Shown: positions 25,300-37,429 of the stretch, piece after piece
Position numbering within the stretch: the stretch's first letter is position 1
Layout of the letters: every line of letters begins with the position of its first letter
NCBI GenBank assembly: GCA_964016885.1
Contig: OZ024742.1
Coordinates: 36,890,001-36,954,000, forward strand
From: Eledone cirrhosa
Lineage: Eukaryota
DNA: 64,000 nucleotides
Direction of reading: 5' to 3'
The notes under the pieces: model-generated
Seen by the model: the letters and a program-made list of their open reading frames with translations, nothing else
Database searches by the model: none
Told to the model about the DNA's origin: nothing
Made by a program: the position numbers and the translations under genes

Positions 25300-25600
25300 G
25301 AGACTAGGTGGTGGTATTAAACCCAAGTAAGCATCAGCAAGGTGTAGAAGTGGTGGAGGCATTGAAACAGATCTAGATATTTATATGTTGCAATGGTAAA
25401 AAGGGGGAGAAGTTTGCCTGGTGCAGATACATATCCTGCACCAGTTCCGTATCCAAAAGCATTCTCTAGGGCACAGTTGAAGGAGAGCAAAGAAGAAACA
25501 GACAAAGAAAATCTTGATCAGACAACATCAAGAACTAGACAGGTTACAATACTGCAACCCTTCTGTGCTGACTGCAAACACATCTGGAGGCACCCCCAAC
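25300..25600 (+). mobile_element. Decayed RTE LINE C-terminal fragment
   Basis: GTVEGEQRRNRQRKS*SDNIKN*TG resembles the RTE GTVEGKRRRGRQRKRW.DNIKEWTG motif. Confidence 0.6.
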
Positions 25601-25805
25601 AACTGGCTGTACCTATTACAGAAACTTGATTGATTTGAATAATAGATTCTGTTGTTGATCCAGACAGACTGTGTCTTATGACAATACTATGGCTGTAAAA
25701 GTAAAGATTTTAGATTTTTGTGAGTTAACCATCACCTTGACTTCACATCCACAGTGTGTTTTCTTTGTTTAAAAATAAATGTATAAACAAAAACAAAACA
25801 ATATA

Positions 25806-25841
<36 letters not shown>

Positions 25842-25844
25842 GGA

Positions 25845-25990
25845 ACTGTGGTTAAATAGTTCACTTCTTAACCATGTGATTCCAGATTCAGTCCTGTTGT
25901 GCAGTAGCTTGAGCAAGTATCTTCTATCATAGCCTTGGGTTGACCAATGCCTTGTGAGTAGAATTTGGCAGATGGAAACTGCAAAAACCT
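25845..25990 (+). mobile_element. tRNA-derived SINE family C (also at about 17065-17200 and 20377-20520)
   Basis: gtggttaa...gattcagtcc...ttgagcaagt.tcttcta.tatagcc...accaatgccttgtgagt shared between copies. Confidence 0.75.
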
Positions 25991-26591
25991 ATCATATATG
26001 TGTGTGTGTGTGTGTGTGTGTGCTTATATCGATGTTAACATCTGTGTCTCTGCTTATGTCCCAGAACTTAGCAGTTCAACAAAAGGGGATCACATGATCA
26101 ACTAAATGAAGATGGTTCCCCATCAAGATCCACTGTCTAATGACTAAAACAAATAAAATAATGTGTGTGTATTGAACCTCCATTGTTTCCAACGATGAGT
26201 GCTCCAGTTGTTCGACCACCAGAACAACCTGATCATGGAATTAACATGCAAGTGGCTGAGCATTCCACAGTTACATGTACCGTTAACATAGTTCTCAAGG
26301 AGAATCAGCTTGACACAGAGTATGACAAGACAGGTACATTTCTTCCAGCTGAGTGGACTGGAGCAATGTGAAATAAAGTGTCTTGCTCAAGGATACAGTG
26401 CACCACTGGAAATTGAACTCACAACTGTACAATCATGAACCAAACACTCTAACCATAAAACACTAAACCATACACCTCTCTCTCTCAGATTAATAAAAGA
26501 TGTTTGCAAGTTAAGAAATGAGTAAAACATCTTTCATAAATTAAACAAAAGAAAAACTAGTTTCAATGTATTTTCTGGCACCTCTATTCAG

Positions 26592-26720
26592 GTGAAATGC
26601 CATCAACTTCAAAAGAAGAACTCTTCACAAACTTATCTTTATCTTCGAAACACCAAGGGCTAACATCATTGAAAAAGTTTGTTACCAATAAGGTGATGGA
26701 CGGTTCTTGCCATCAGAAAA
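26592..26720 (+). CDS. TERF2IP: RAP1-like coding exon 6 (SEMPSTSKEELFTNLSLSSKHQGLTSLKKFVTNKVMDGSCHQK)
   Basis: ctattcag| acceptor phase 1, A|gtaagt donor phase 1, 129 nt open. Confidence 0.78.
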
Positions 26721-28377
26721 GTAAGTGATTATATCATATTTTTCCCTATTCTCTTTGTACAGGCAGGGGTCAGGTTTTAGTCATAAGACTACAGCCATGC
26801 TTTTAAGAGTTTTAGGTGACCATATCAACTAAAAAATGTCTAAAGTCTGTCTCAAGCCCAGAAACTCATTAGGCTGGTGCTTATCCTGGTTTCCTTGGTG
26901 TTAAGTGACTGAGAGTACAAGACTTCTCCCTGAACAAGACATCATTCCATTGCAGAGTTAAACCCCCAGCTACTGCTGGTACTCATTTTCAGCTGAGTAT
27001 ACTGGAACAACATGAAATGTTTTGCTCAAGAACACAACACCCGACCTGGTCCTGGAATCGAATCCATGCTCAAAGTCCAACACCCGAACCACCAGGCCAC
27101 GTGCCTTCACAATCATATCAACTCCTATTATATATTTATTGGTTGGCTTAAGTTATCCCCTGACATCAAAAAGACAACTTAACACATCTGTATGTACAAA
27201 CACTACTACATACAGATACATATTTATCATCATGATTTTTGCATCTCTATGCTTGCATGAGTTGGACAAGTCTTCTTCAGTACAGCCGGCCCCCACTTGT
27301 GTCCTTCGTCTTCTCTGAAAGTTTCAGCATTTTAAGATGAGCTCTCACTACCTCTGCCTAGGTCTTCCTCTACTGCAGCTTCTTTCCACTGGGATCTATG
27401 AAGTCAATGGGTAGGGTACAAGAGTGATGTGACCCTTGGGTTCCTTAGGTCATATACCTACACAAGAATACAATACAATAGTTCTATAAATAATTGTTTC
27501 TACTTTAGGCACAAGGCCAGCAATTACCCAGTGCGTTACTGGTACTTTATTTCATCGACCCCGTAAGGATGAAAGGCAAAGTCAACCTCGGCGGGATTTG
27601 AACTCAGATCGTAAAGGGACGTAACTATGCTGGAAAGCATAACGTCCGACCCTCTACCGATACTGCCAATCCGTAAATAATGATTTCTATTTCTATAAAT
27701 AATAGCAGAGAAAATTAGGTGTAGTTGTGAGAGAAAGGAGGGAAGCAAGTAATGGGATTAAATGCAGGGTCATGGTATGATGAGACAAAAACTCCTGCAG
27801 ATGACATGATATGCTGGGCTGGGCTGTGGCATAGGGAAATGAATGACCACAACAGTATGGGTAGCACAATCTACCTCTTAGCGAGAGCTATAAGTACTGG
27901 CACAGGTGGCAAGGACATTTCAATTTCTCTAGTGTTGAAGACATGATAAAATACACCCAGTACATTCTGTAAAGTGGTTGGTGATAGGAAGGGCATCCTG
28001 TCATAGAAATCATGCCAAAAGCTAAAGAGGACTCTTCAGTTGTGTCTAGGATATGACAACTTCTCTAGTGCCAATGCCACAATAAAATGCACCTGATACA
28101 TTCAGCAAACTGGCTGCTGATAAGATGGGCATCCGGTCAGAAACCATATCAAGTAAATGGTTGAGAGGACTCTTCAGTTGTGTCTAGGATGCAACAACCT
28201 CCTTAGTACTAATGATGTGAGAAAATGTACCCAGTACTCTATAAAGTGTTAGGGAGTTTTATCCAGTCATAGAAACTATGCCAAAAATGGAAATATACAC
28301 ATGACATGGATAGCACTTCATAAGATACATATCTAGGAAGGCAATAACTATTATGTTTTTTTTTTCCTTCATTCCAG

Positions 28378-28436
28378 ACTCTGGTGAGAAACGAAAGAAG
28401 AAAAGTGAATTGAAAAATGTTATTGAGATTATTTGT
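28378..28436 (+). CDS. TERF2IP: RAP1-like coding exon 7 (NSGEKRKKKSELKNVIEIIC), basic NLS-like patch and start of the RCT domain
   Basis: Long polypyrimidine tract plus ccag| (phase 1), TGT|gtgagt donor (phase 0). Confidence 0.78.
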
Positions 28437-29358
28437 GTGAGTTGTTTGTATCATTTACATATATATTTATATATAGTACCAAGAGTTTCTAAAGAATAAA
28501 TCAAAGAAAAAAGTCCTCTATGTAATGTACATAGCCAAAATATATTGTATGAATAAGATCTCAACACAAATGGATGCTGCCTAAGGTTTCAAATTTCAAC
28601 CAGCATGGGACATAGATATTCTATATCTACTAGTTTAGTTATCAGGCAAACCAAGATGGCTGAACGTCGGTGAATTGGCAGTATCAGTAGAGGGTCGGAT
28701 GCCAAGCTTTCCAGCATAGTTACGTCCCTTTATTGTCTGAGTTCAAATCCTGTCGGGGTTAACTTTGCCGTTCGTCCTTTCGGAGTCGATAAAATAAAGT
28801 ACCAGTAATACACTGGTATAATTGCTGGCCTTGTGCCAAAAGTAGAAACAGTTATTTCATATATAAGATCACTCAGATAATGTGATAATACCTTTGGATA
28901 TTTTGTAATGAAGGGAAAGCAACTTGTGTCTGCAAGTTTTATATATATAGTGTGTGAATGTGTACATACATGGACATATACACATATATATCTATATTAC
29001 AATTATAAGTGTCAGTATTGTGTCTATGTGCATATATTTGTGTGTCTATGTATCTGCTGTGTAACTATATGGCTTGAAAGGAGGTGGCATCTCATATGGG
29101 GGCATCCTCTGAGAAATTCATTTTTATTATTTAGAGGCGGTGGATTGACAGTATCAGTAGGGGGTCGGATAACATGCTTTGCAGCATAGAGTTACGGTCT
29201 GAGTTCAAATCCTGCTGAGGTTAACTTTGCCTTTCATTCTTATGGGGTCGATAAAATAAAGTACCAGTAACATACTGGGGTTGATTTAATCGACTTTCCC
29301 CTCCCCCAAAATTACTGGCCTTGTGCCTATACTAGAAATCATTATTTAGATAGTTCTC

Positions 29359-29550
29359 GCGGTGGATTGGCAGTATCGGTAGAGAGTCGGGCACCATGCT
29401 TTGAAGCAAAGAGTTACGTCCCTTTATGATCTGAGTTCAAATCCCGCCGAGGTTAACTTTGCCTTTCATCCTTACGGGGTCGATAAAATAAAGTACCAGT
29501 AATGTACTGGGTAATTGCTGGCCTTGTGCCTAAAATGGAAACAATTATAT
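29359..29550 (+). mobile_element. tRNA-derived SINE family A. Other + copies at about 7946-8132, 10667-10868, 15012-15195, 15240-15420, 22986-23172, 28666-28855, 29135-29346; - copies at about 2808-3003, 5960-6100, 27493-27672, 54490-54830, 56390-56510
   Basis: A-box-like tggcagtatcgg, B-box gagttcaaatccc, conserved core gcctttcatccttacggggtcgataaaataaagtaccag (resembles the Nin/Deu SINE domain), AT tail. Confidence 0.9.
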
Positions 29551-30749
29551 AGATAGTTCTCAGAGGACTTCAGGCCTTGCAACTTTCTAAATTTTTCGCT
29601 TAAGCAAAGTGAACACCTCTTTGTTCCTTTCTTATAAGAGTGATTTATCCAGAATTATCCAGTTAATCGTATATAGAACCCCTTTGTCCTTCAGATCCCA
29701 TATACGATTTGCCAGTGCCATAGCCATCTTCATTTCCTGATGTTTGAATGATGCAATATGTGAAAGGTATCATTGTTTGAACCAGTCCTGTCCCATACCC
29801 ACACATCTCTGCTCTCTGTGAGGTTGGTTAGAGTTGGTATGATAGTGGCTCCATATATAGGATTTTTTTTTGCAAGATTCTTGATGTGAAATCATTTGTT
29901 GAAAAAGATATTGTTATACTTTGGTAGTGTTGTGTTTCCAATAAACACATTCACACCACACACCAGTGTGTTTTTATTGGCAACATAACTCTCCCAAAGT
30001 ATAACAATATATATATATATATTCACACTCACACACACATATATATATACATTCACAAACAGATATACATGCACACATATAATCAACCATCACATTATCA
30101 ATTATGTTGTTAGTGGATTAAATATATATTAAGTTGTGCACTAAACAGCAGCCAGAGTATACAATAAAGTTATATCTGTATATATAGTATAAAGGACTAA
30201 TATGCTACTTAGTACATCCATTTCAAGATACTACTATAAGTGATACAGTATATAAGTCTCTTGGTTGTGTAAATCCTTCAGCATCATCACCATTTAACAT
30301 CTATTTTCCATGTAGTCAGGTTGCCACATTGTGAGACTAGACAGGCCAGATGACTGTGTGTTGCTCATGTGTTCTATTCTGTGCCTCCATGACTGGATAC
30401 CCATCCTGGTGCGTGGGGAGCCTCACACTTTCAAAGCTGATATTGTTGGCCTAGGAAGGGGCAGGAGGATTGGGGATCTGATGATGGGGAGTAAGCAGGC
30501 AATGATTAATACTTCTGTTGCTTACCTTAATTACCACAATTACATTATCTATCCATTTTGCTGCTAACAGAACACCTACCCCATCCTGATTGTTATCAAC
30601 CCAGAAAAACTTGTATCATTGTGTTTTACCTGTGAAGTATCGAGGTGAGGTGCCTCTCCATCTGGTCTTCTGTAACATACATCTACTTGCTTTTTCTCCA
30701 TCTCTACAATCTCCTCTGATCTCCCTTTCATTATTCCTACATTGAGGAT

Positions 30750-31010
30750 AATAGGCCTTAAGCAATCAAGGAGTTGAAAAATAGTAAAGCAACTGATAGT
30801 CACTGAGATGATGAAATCTTCTGGGGAAGTAGGAGTCGAACTAGTCACCCACATAATCAATCAGGTAACACATGATGGGATCAAGCGCAATGAGTGGCAC
30901 AGCTCTATACTCATTTCTTGTTATAAGGGAAAATGTGATGCACTTGAAAGGAGCAGCTACAGAGGTATAAAACTAATGGATCAAATTATGGAAATGACAG
31001 AAGAGACCTT
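30750..31010 (+). mobile_element. RTE LINE reverse transcriptase N-terminal fragment
   Basis: EW.SSILISCYKGKCDALERSSYRGIKLMDQIM. Confidence 0.8.
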
Positions 31011-31236
31011 AAGCCAATCATCTGTGAAATATATGTAACCGGTCGATAATCAATAAAAACATCTAAACGAAACTTCATAACTTTTTCTTAATATATACAC
31101 TCTGTCTGTGCATCAAGTGCTCATATTGGTACCACCACCAGTAAACAGTAAATCACTGAATTACCTATACTATATATATATATAAATATATAGAGAGAGA
31201 GATAAAACGTTGTGTATATCTATATATATATATATA

Positions 31237-31415
31237 CCGTATTTCCCGGTGCTGAAAATGCTTTGTCCTCGAGGACGCATCCTAATTTTGACAACCAAAA
31301 ATTTGGAAAAAGAAATAATAAACATAAAAATGCAACCTTCGGCCTCCAGGACACATGGTAGATTTCTGAGACTTATTTTAGGGAAAAGGAGCATCTTCAA
31401 CACCAGGAAATACGG
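31237..31415. mobile_element. Second copy of the same Tc1/mariner MITE
   Basis: Same TIRs and internal sequence as 6967-7134, inserted in (TA)n. Confidence 0.9.
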
Positions 31416-31663
31416 TATATATATATATAGTTCAAAATGACAAACAAACAAACACAGGAGTCAATGGTACATAGTGTTATTAGCTTCACACTTGGTGAGA
31501 ATGGGGAAGTCATCTTCATCATCTTCGTTTAACGTCCATCTTCCCCGCTAGCATGAGTTATCATCATCATGTTCATCATTTTACATCCGCTTTTCCCTGC
31601 TTGCAAGGGTGGGATATATATGATAAATGAATATATATTATTTTTTTAATCTTTCCTAAATAG

Positions 31664-31778
31664 GATATGTGTACCAACTTCCAGTTGGATGCTAAAGAAG
31701 TTCTAGCCATCCTGAGTGCTACCAATGGTGATGTTAATCAAGCTATTTCTTACCTCATGTATGGACCTCATTTATCAG
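31664..31778 (+). CDS. TERF2IP: RAP1-like coding exon 8, RCT domain (DMCTNFQLDAKEVLAILSATNGDVNQAISYLMYGPHLS)
   Basis: atag| acceptor phase 0, G|gtgaga donor phase 1. F.LD...V...L....G.......(F/Y)L..G pattern of the Rap1 C-terminal domain. Confidence 0.88.
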
Positions 31779-32383
31779 GTGAGATTTGGATAAGAAGGAT
31801 TCATATTTTTTTCTCTCTTTTTCATTATCATCATCATCAACATCACCATCATCATCATCATCATCAACACCACCACCATCATCATCACCACCATCATCAT
31901 CATTATCATCATTGATTTTATGTCTGCTTTTTCTATGCTTAACCCTTCATTATCATCATCATTACCATCATCATCATCACCATCATCATTATTTTTATAT
32001 CTGCTTTTTCTATGCTTAGCCCTTTCATTGTCATATTTCTACACTGCCTTTGGTTTTCAAACATTTTGAAAATAATGAATTTGGAGGGATTTAGAAATAT
32101 ATAACTAACTTTCTCATCATTAGGCTTGTGTTTGGAACATAACTTAAATCATCATCATCATTATCATCATTTTCATGTCAACTTTTCCGTGCTGGCATGG
32201 ATTGGATGGGAATTTTCAAGGCAATATTTTCCAGATGTTTACCCATCCTGACATCAACCCTTTTAGTCACTTCTGACGACACACAGATATATATAGTATA
32301 CCTATTCTAAACTGGATACATAGTTATGTTCTTAAATAATAAAGGTTTCTTACATAAAATTATCCTGGAAGGTTTTTAGTTAA

Positions 32384-32535
32384 CCCTTCAGCATTTAAAC
32401 CAGCCATATCAAACCAGCTGTAACTGGTCACTCATACCAAAGTTAAGGTATTGTTCTTAAAATAAATAATATCAAAATCTCAGATTCAATATGAAAATAT
32501 AATAGTAAATATAGAGTAACATAAATGCTACAGGG
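32384..32535. mobile_element. piggyBac-type MITE
   Basis: TTAA|CCCTTCAGCATT...AATGCTACAGGG|TTAA. Same family as 56553-56760. Confidence 0.8.
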
Positions 32536-33491
32536 TTAAACATAAACAATTTAAAGTAACAGATTTGTATCTTATGATTAAGGACGATTTCAACCACTTA
32601 GGAATAAAAAAAGAATGAAGACAGTGAATTGACAAAGTCATTAAGGCATCAGATAGAATACTTTGCAGTATTCATTCCCACTCTTTGCATTCTGAGTCAA
32701 ATCCCACTGAGGTCGATTTTGCACTTTCATCCATTTGACATCAATAAAGAAAGAACCAAGCCATAATCTCTGTCTCTCTCTCTCTCTTTCTCTTCCTTCC
32801 CCATGAAATCAACTGTGTTCAAACCTAGAGAGAGATGGGTGCCTCCAAGTTTAAAATTCACTTAGACTCTCTATATATGTCACAACGGTGCCCTTACTAT
32901 TCCATTAGGACTTATTGAGTCAGGGATTAGTGATTTTCCATGCGTACATAGGGTGGGGTGGGGCTTTTTTAAGGCAGGCTTTTCTACAGCCTGACGCTCT
33001 TCCTAATGCTGAGTTGAAAACCTCTCCATTGTCGGTGATACGATGAAATGTATCCTGGACATTCCCTAAAGAGGTTGGGGAACAAATGGAGACAATATAG
33101 GGTAAAGAGGACTCTTCAGTCTTGCCAATTACATGGCTCTCACTAGTGTTGGTGCCGTGATAAATTACGCCTAATATACTCTGTAAAATGGTAGTACTGG
33201 TACCACAATAAAATGCACCTAATATACTCTGTAAAGGGGTAGTGATGGTGCCATGATAAATGTACCAAGTACACTCTGCAAACTGGTTGACATTAGAAAG
33301 GGTACCCAACCATAGAAATGATGCCAAAATATGAAACATGTGGGCAACACATGATCCTCTGACTAATCTAGTCTCAAACAATATCCATCCAAACGTTGCC
33401 AGCATATAAAGCAGATGTAAAATGATGAGGATTAGGAGAAGGAGGAAGATGGTGATGATAAACACTCATTTAATGTTTACCTTGATTACAG

Positions 33492-33634
33492 ATGTCTTGC
33501 CCTGGACATACAGCGAAGACAAAGTCATATCATCAACAAATGACAATCATTTTCATGAAATTCTTCAGAAACGTGGGCATCCTGCTGTAGCCATGAGACT
33601 TCAGTTTCTCGAAGGTTTTCTCGAGACATTGTGA
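33492..33634 (+). CDS. TERF2IP: RAP1-like coding exon 9, end of the RCT domain (DVLPWTYSEDKVISSTNDNHFHEILQKRGHPAVAMRLQFLEGFLETL*)
   Basis: ttacag| acceptor phase 1. W...(E/D)D...K.G...VA.R..F is the Rap1 C-terminal signature. TGA at 33632-33634. Exon lengths sum to 1434 nt = 477 aa + stop. Confidence 0.88.
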
Positions 33635-33814
33635 GTGTTCTTTCATGGTAAGAGATTCTGTTTATTTTTTTGTTTGTTTGTTTGTTTGTTTTTTCTTACT
33701 TTTTAAGTTAGTAAAGGCATGTAGCTGGGTGGTTAGGGTGTTGAAATCAAGATCAGGTGATCATGGGACTGAGTGACACATTGTCTTCCTAAACAAAACA
33801 CATTATTTCATGTT

Positions 33815-34490
33815 GCTCCTTTTGCCAGAAGTTGTGACCAGCAGATAGTATCAGCAGTAGAAAGATCACTGGAAACATTGTTTCCTTGATCTGATCTGAC
33901 AATCTGCTCCTTTCTTTTGCCAGGAGTTGTAACCAGCAGATAGTATCAGCAGTAGAAAGATCACTGGAAACATTGTTTCCTTGATCTGATCTGACAATCT
34001 GCTCCTTTCTTTTGCCAGGAGTTGTGACCAGCAGATAGTATCAGCAGTAGAAAGATCACTGGAAACATTGTTTCCTTGATCTGATCTGACAATCTGCTCC
34101 TTTCTTTTGCCAGGAGTTGTGACCAGCAGATAGTATCAGCAGTAGAAAGATCACTGGAAACATTGTTTCCTTGATCTGATCTGACAATCTGCTCCTTTCT
34201 TTTGCCAGGAGTTGTGACCAGCAGATAGTGTTAGCAGTAGAAAGATCACTGGAAACATTGTTTCCTTGATCTGATCTGACAATCTGCTCCTTTCTTTTGC
34301 CAGGAGTTGTGACCAGTAGATAGTATTAGCAATGGAAACATAGTTTTGTAAGTCTGATGTGCTGATAAGCTCTTTTCTTCTGCCAGAAGTTATGACTAGT
34401 AGATAGTATCAAAAATGGAAAGATTGTTTCTTTAGTCCAATTCTTCTGCCAGGAGTGTGACCAGCAGGTAGTATTATGCAAAGGAAAGAC
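33815..34490. repeat. 95-bp tandem repeat (5 near-identical units plus decayed ones)
   Basis: The gcagatagt anchor recurs at 33841, 33936, 34031, 34126, 34221 and (variant) 34316. Confidence 0.95.
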
Positions 34491-34515
34491 CAATTGAAAC
34501 TTTGTCTACTTATAC

Positions 34516-34824
34516 CAGGGGCGTACAACAGGCGGCCCATGGGTCACAATCCAGCCTGCCAGACCAGTCAAAGGGGTCCGCAATGACCGTTTTTAATTTT
34601 TACCTTGTAGGCTTATTTAGAATTTTTTTCATAACCATAATACAATTTTCTGTTAGTTGACCTATACTAAAGGGCTTCACTGATAGGGTTATGTGTGTTA
34701 TAATTTCCCAGTTCCATGTTATGGAAAGAAGTTGTGATGAATCTTTGGAATAGTGCTTAATAAATATTAATGGCCCTAATAGTTGTTCAAAAGTAGCCTG
34801 TCAATGGAATGTTGCACTCCCCTA
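34516..34824. mobile_element. hAT-type MITE
   Basis: TIRs caggggcgtacaac / gttgcactccccta, 8-bp TSD ACTTATAC at 34508-34515 and 34825-34832. Confidence 0.85.
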
Positions 34825-36569
34825 ACTTATACCAATCTGATAATAGGCTCTTTTCTTCTGCCAGAAGTTGTTGTAATCAGCAGATAATACCAGCAGTGGA
34901 AACACTGGTCCCTTACTCCAAACTAATAACCAGCTCCTTTCTTTGATGAGGGAAGGAAGAGAATGGGGCAGATAATTAAAAAAGGGGGTGGTGGGCCATT
35001 TACATTATACCCTTGGTGTCCATGACAAAAGGGGAGATAAATTCCTCCTAAAATGTGAAGTGGTTACACCCCTTAAAATCCTAAGATTGCTGGAATGCCT
35101 TTAAAGGCTTTTTATTTAATTTTTTCACTGTTTAGTCAGGGAGGTATGGGTAGTCCTATGTCCTTACTCAAGTTCCCCTAGACTGTTAGGAAGGTATCTT
35201 CAAACTGAAGACCTGAGCGTAATACTTGCAAAAGAGTGGACTCCACTAAAATCAGCCACACGTTAGCCCACAGTGGGATTTGAATTCAGAATGCAAAGTG
35301 CATCTCATCAAACGCTCTAATAATTCCACTAATACACTTGTCTTTATGTATATTAGGAACTACATTGTGCAGTGTATTTTACATTATTTGAGATAGTAGT
35401 GTATAATTTGAGGGTGAATTGGCTGTTATTTCTTGCAAGTAAGCAACTATATAGAAGCTCCCTTGTTCAAGTAACAAATCCGATCAAGGTCATCTTTGCC
35501 TTCTATCTTTCCTGGGGTCAATAAACAAAAAAGTACTAGGTTTTCAGTTTGAGGATACTTTTCTCCTTCCTTCTCACTAGTCTGGGAAGCCTTGAAAAGG
35601 GTTAAAGCACTGCCCACCCACCAATCTTTGAATCCCTTAAAAGGATCATTAATCCTACCTACACACCAGTCACAGAGGCCGAGAAAGAGTAACAGGTCCT
35701 ACCTTCCCACCCATGCATCAGTCAGGGAGAGCCTGAAAAGAGTCATGAACACTTCTCTTCCCTCTCTGACTCATCATTATTATTATCCCTTTATTCCCGC
35801 TTTTCCATGCTTACATAGGTCTGTATTCCTTCATCATCTCTTAAGGGTTCAGGGTTTTGAGATCCACTCTACTGCGGCTTCCTTCTATTGGGAACTCCTG
35901 ATACTTCATCACTCAGCAATCATTGTTCACACCCATCACATTTCCATACCAGTGCAATCTTCTCTCTTGTACACTACATTTTATTCCTCTTATACCCAGT
36001 TTTTCTCTCAGACCATCCACGCTTTGTTGGTCATGCTTATTAACATCACTAGCTGGCCCCCTGCCATCAAAAATGACACCTAATTGTAATATCTATACAT
36101 AATATAAAAAAAGAGATGTTTGTTTGTTGGTTGGTTGGTTGGTTGGTTTCTTCACACTCACTCACACAAGTGATACAAACATACAAACATACAGCTGTGA
36201 CGAATCTTAGAATGATGGACTTCTATAGTTTCTCACCCTACTCCTTCCTCAGTCATCACATAGATGTTTGTGGATGTAATAATTATTTTTTCTGTGTGTC
36301 TGCTTATATATATATATATATGTGTGTGTGTGTTTGTAATTCTATTGTCTATGTATCTTTCTAAATAAACACACACAAGCACATATACACTCACATATAC
36401 ACACACACACATTCACATAATCATAACAGCCAATGTGTGTAGCCAATTCACTATGCATATACACACACAGGTGTAGTGAATATTAGACGCTGCCACCCTT
36501 CCTTCCTCAATCATCTCTGCTGTGTTATGGACAAGTACACAAGGCTATTATATTAGTAGATACTTCCAT

Positions 36570-36940
36570 CAAAGCTTGTTCACTTCGTTTCTTTCCAGCC
36601 TCTGCATGTCCTCTACATTTACTGACCATATTTCACTTCCATGCAACGTCGGCCTTTCCACACAGACGTCATGCAGAGGCCTTTTGTTTCTTGTGAGAAG
36701 CCTTTTGTTGTCAACAGAGACAGTAACTCTGAACTGTCTTCATCCTGTTCTCATTTTACCTATACTTTCAGAGCAACTCTCTCCATTGCTAATTCAGTCA
36801 CCTACATAAGAGAAGCTACCATCTATTTCTATGGAGCTTTTCTTGGATTGGAGAAAATGTTTTACTCTGGGATTCTTAATACTGTGCATCTAGATACAAT
36901 TTCTACCTTTTCTGTTAGACAACCAACTACATGTCTTGCG
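36570..36940 (-). mobile_element. RTE LINE fragment
   Basis: Antisense homologue of the RTE post-RT region. Confidence 0.7.
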
Positions 36941-37045
36941 TATTTCATATAGAGTTCCCACCTACTCATTTTCTCAATAAAAGCATGCCTCTCCTTTATA
37001 TATTGATAATAATTAGCACTAATTATATTCTCTCTATCTTCACAG

Positions 37046-37320
37046 CTGAACTCCAGTAGACAACAAAAACAACAATTTCTTCAGAGCTTCAGTGAACAAG
37101 AACCACCACAAATATCAACAAACCATACCATGTTATATTCATTTCACTTCATTTCCAGTCTATTTGATGCCATTCGCATGATCCATAAGCATTTCATCTG
37201 ACATTTCTCATTCCTGGTCAATTGTTTTATATATGTGTGTATATAACCCTTTAGTATTGACAGTTGCAAGAATGAGTATTTAAAACCATAATAAAGATTA
37301 ATAGTTTTATTAAAGTCGAA
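37046..37320 (+). other. Candidate terminal exon / 3'UTR of the RAP1-like gene
   Basis: Strong acceptor ttctctctatcttcacag| at 37045, unique sequence, AATAAA at 37290 and ATTAAA at 37309. Confidence 0.45.
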
Positions 37321-37429
37321 TCAGTGTCCTGTGTTAACAGGGTTATCATATAGTCGTATATGTGTGTGTGTGTGTGTCTATATATATATATGTGTGTGTA
37401 TATATATGTATGTATATATATATATATAT

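Noticed and set aside
25393-25629. 78-aa charged ORF as a possible extra RAP1 exon
   Set aside because: Another frame shows a decayed RTE C-terminal motif, and exons 5 and 6 already join in phase.
31779-32019. Poly-His / poly-Ser ORF extensions
   Set aside because: Intronic (CAT)n microsatellite after a valid donor site.
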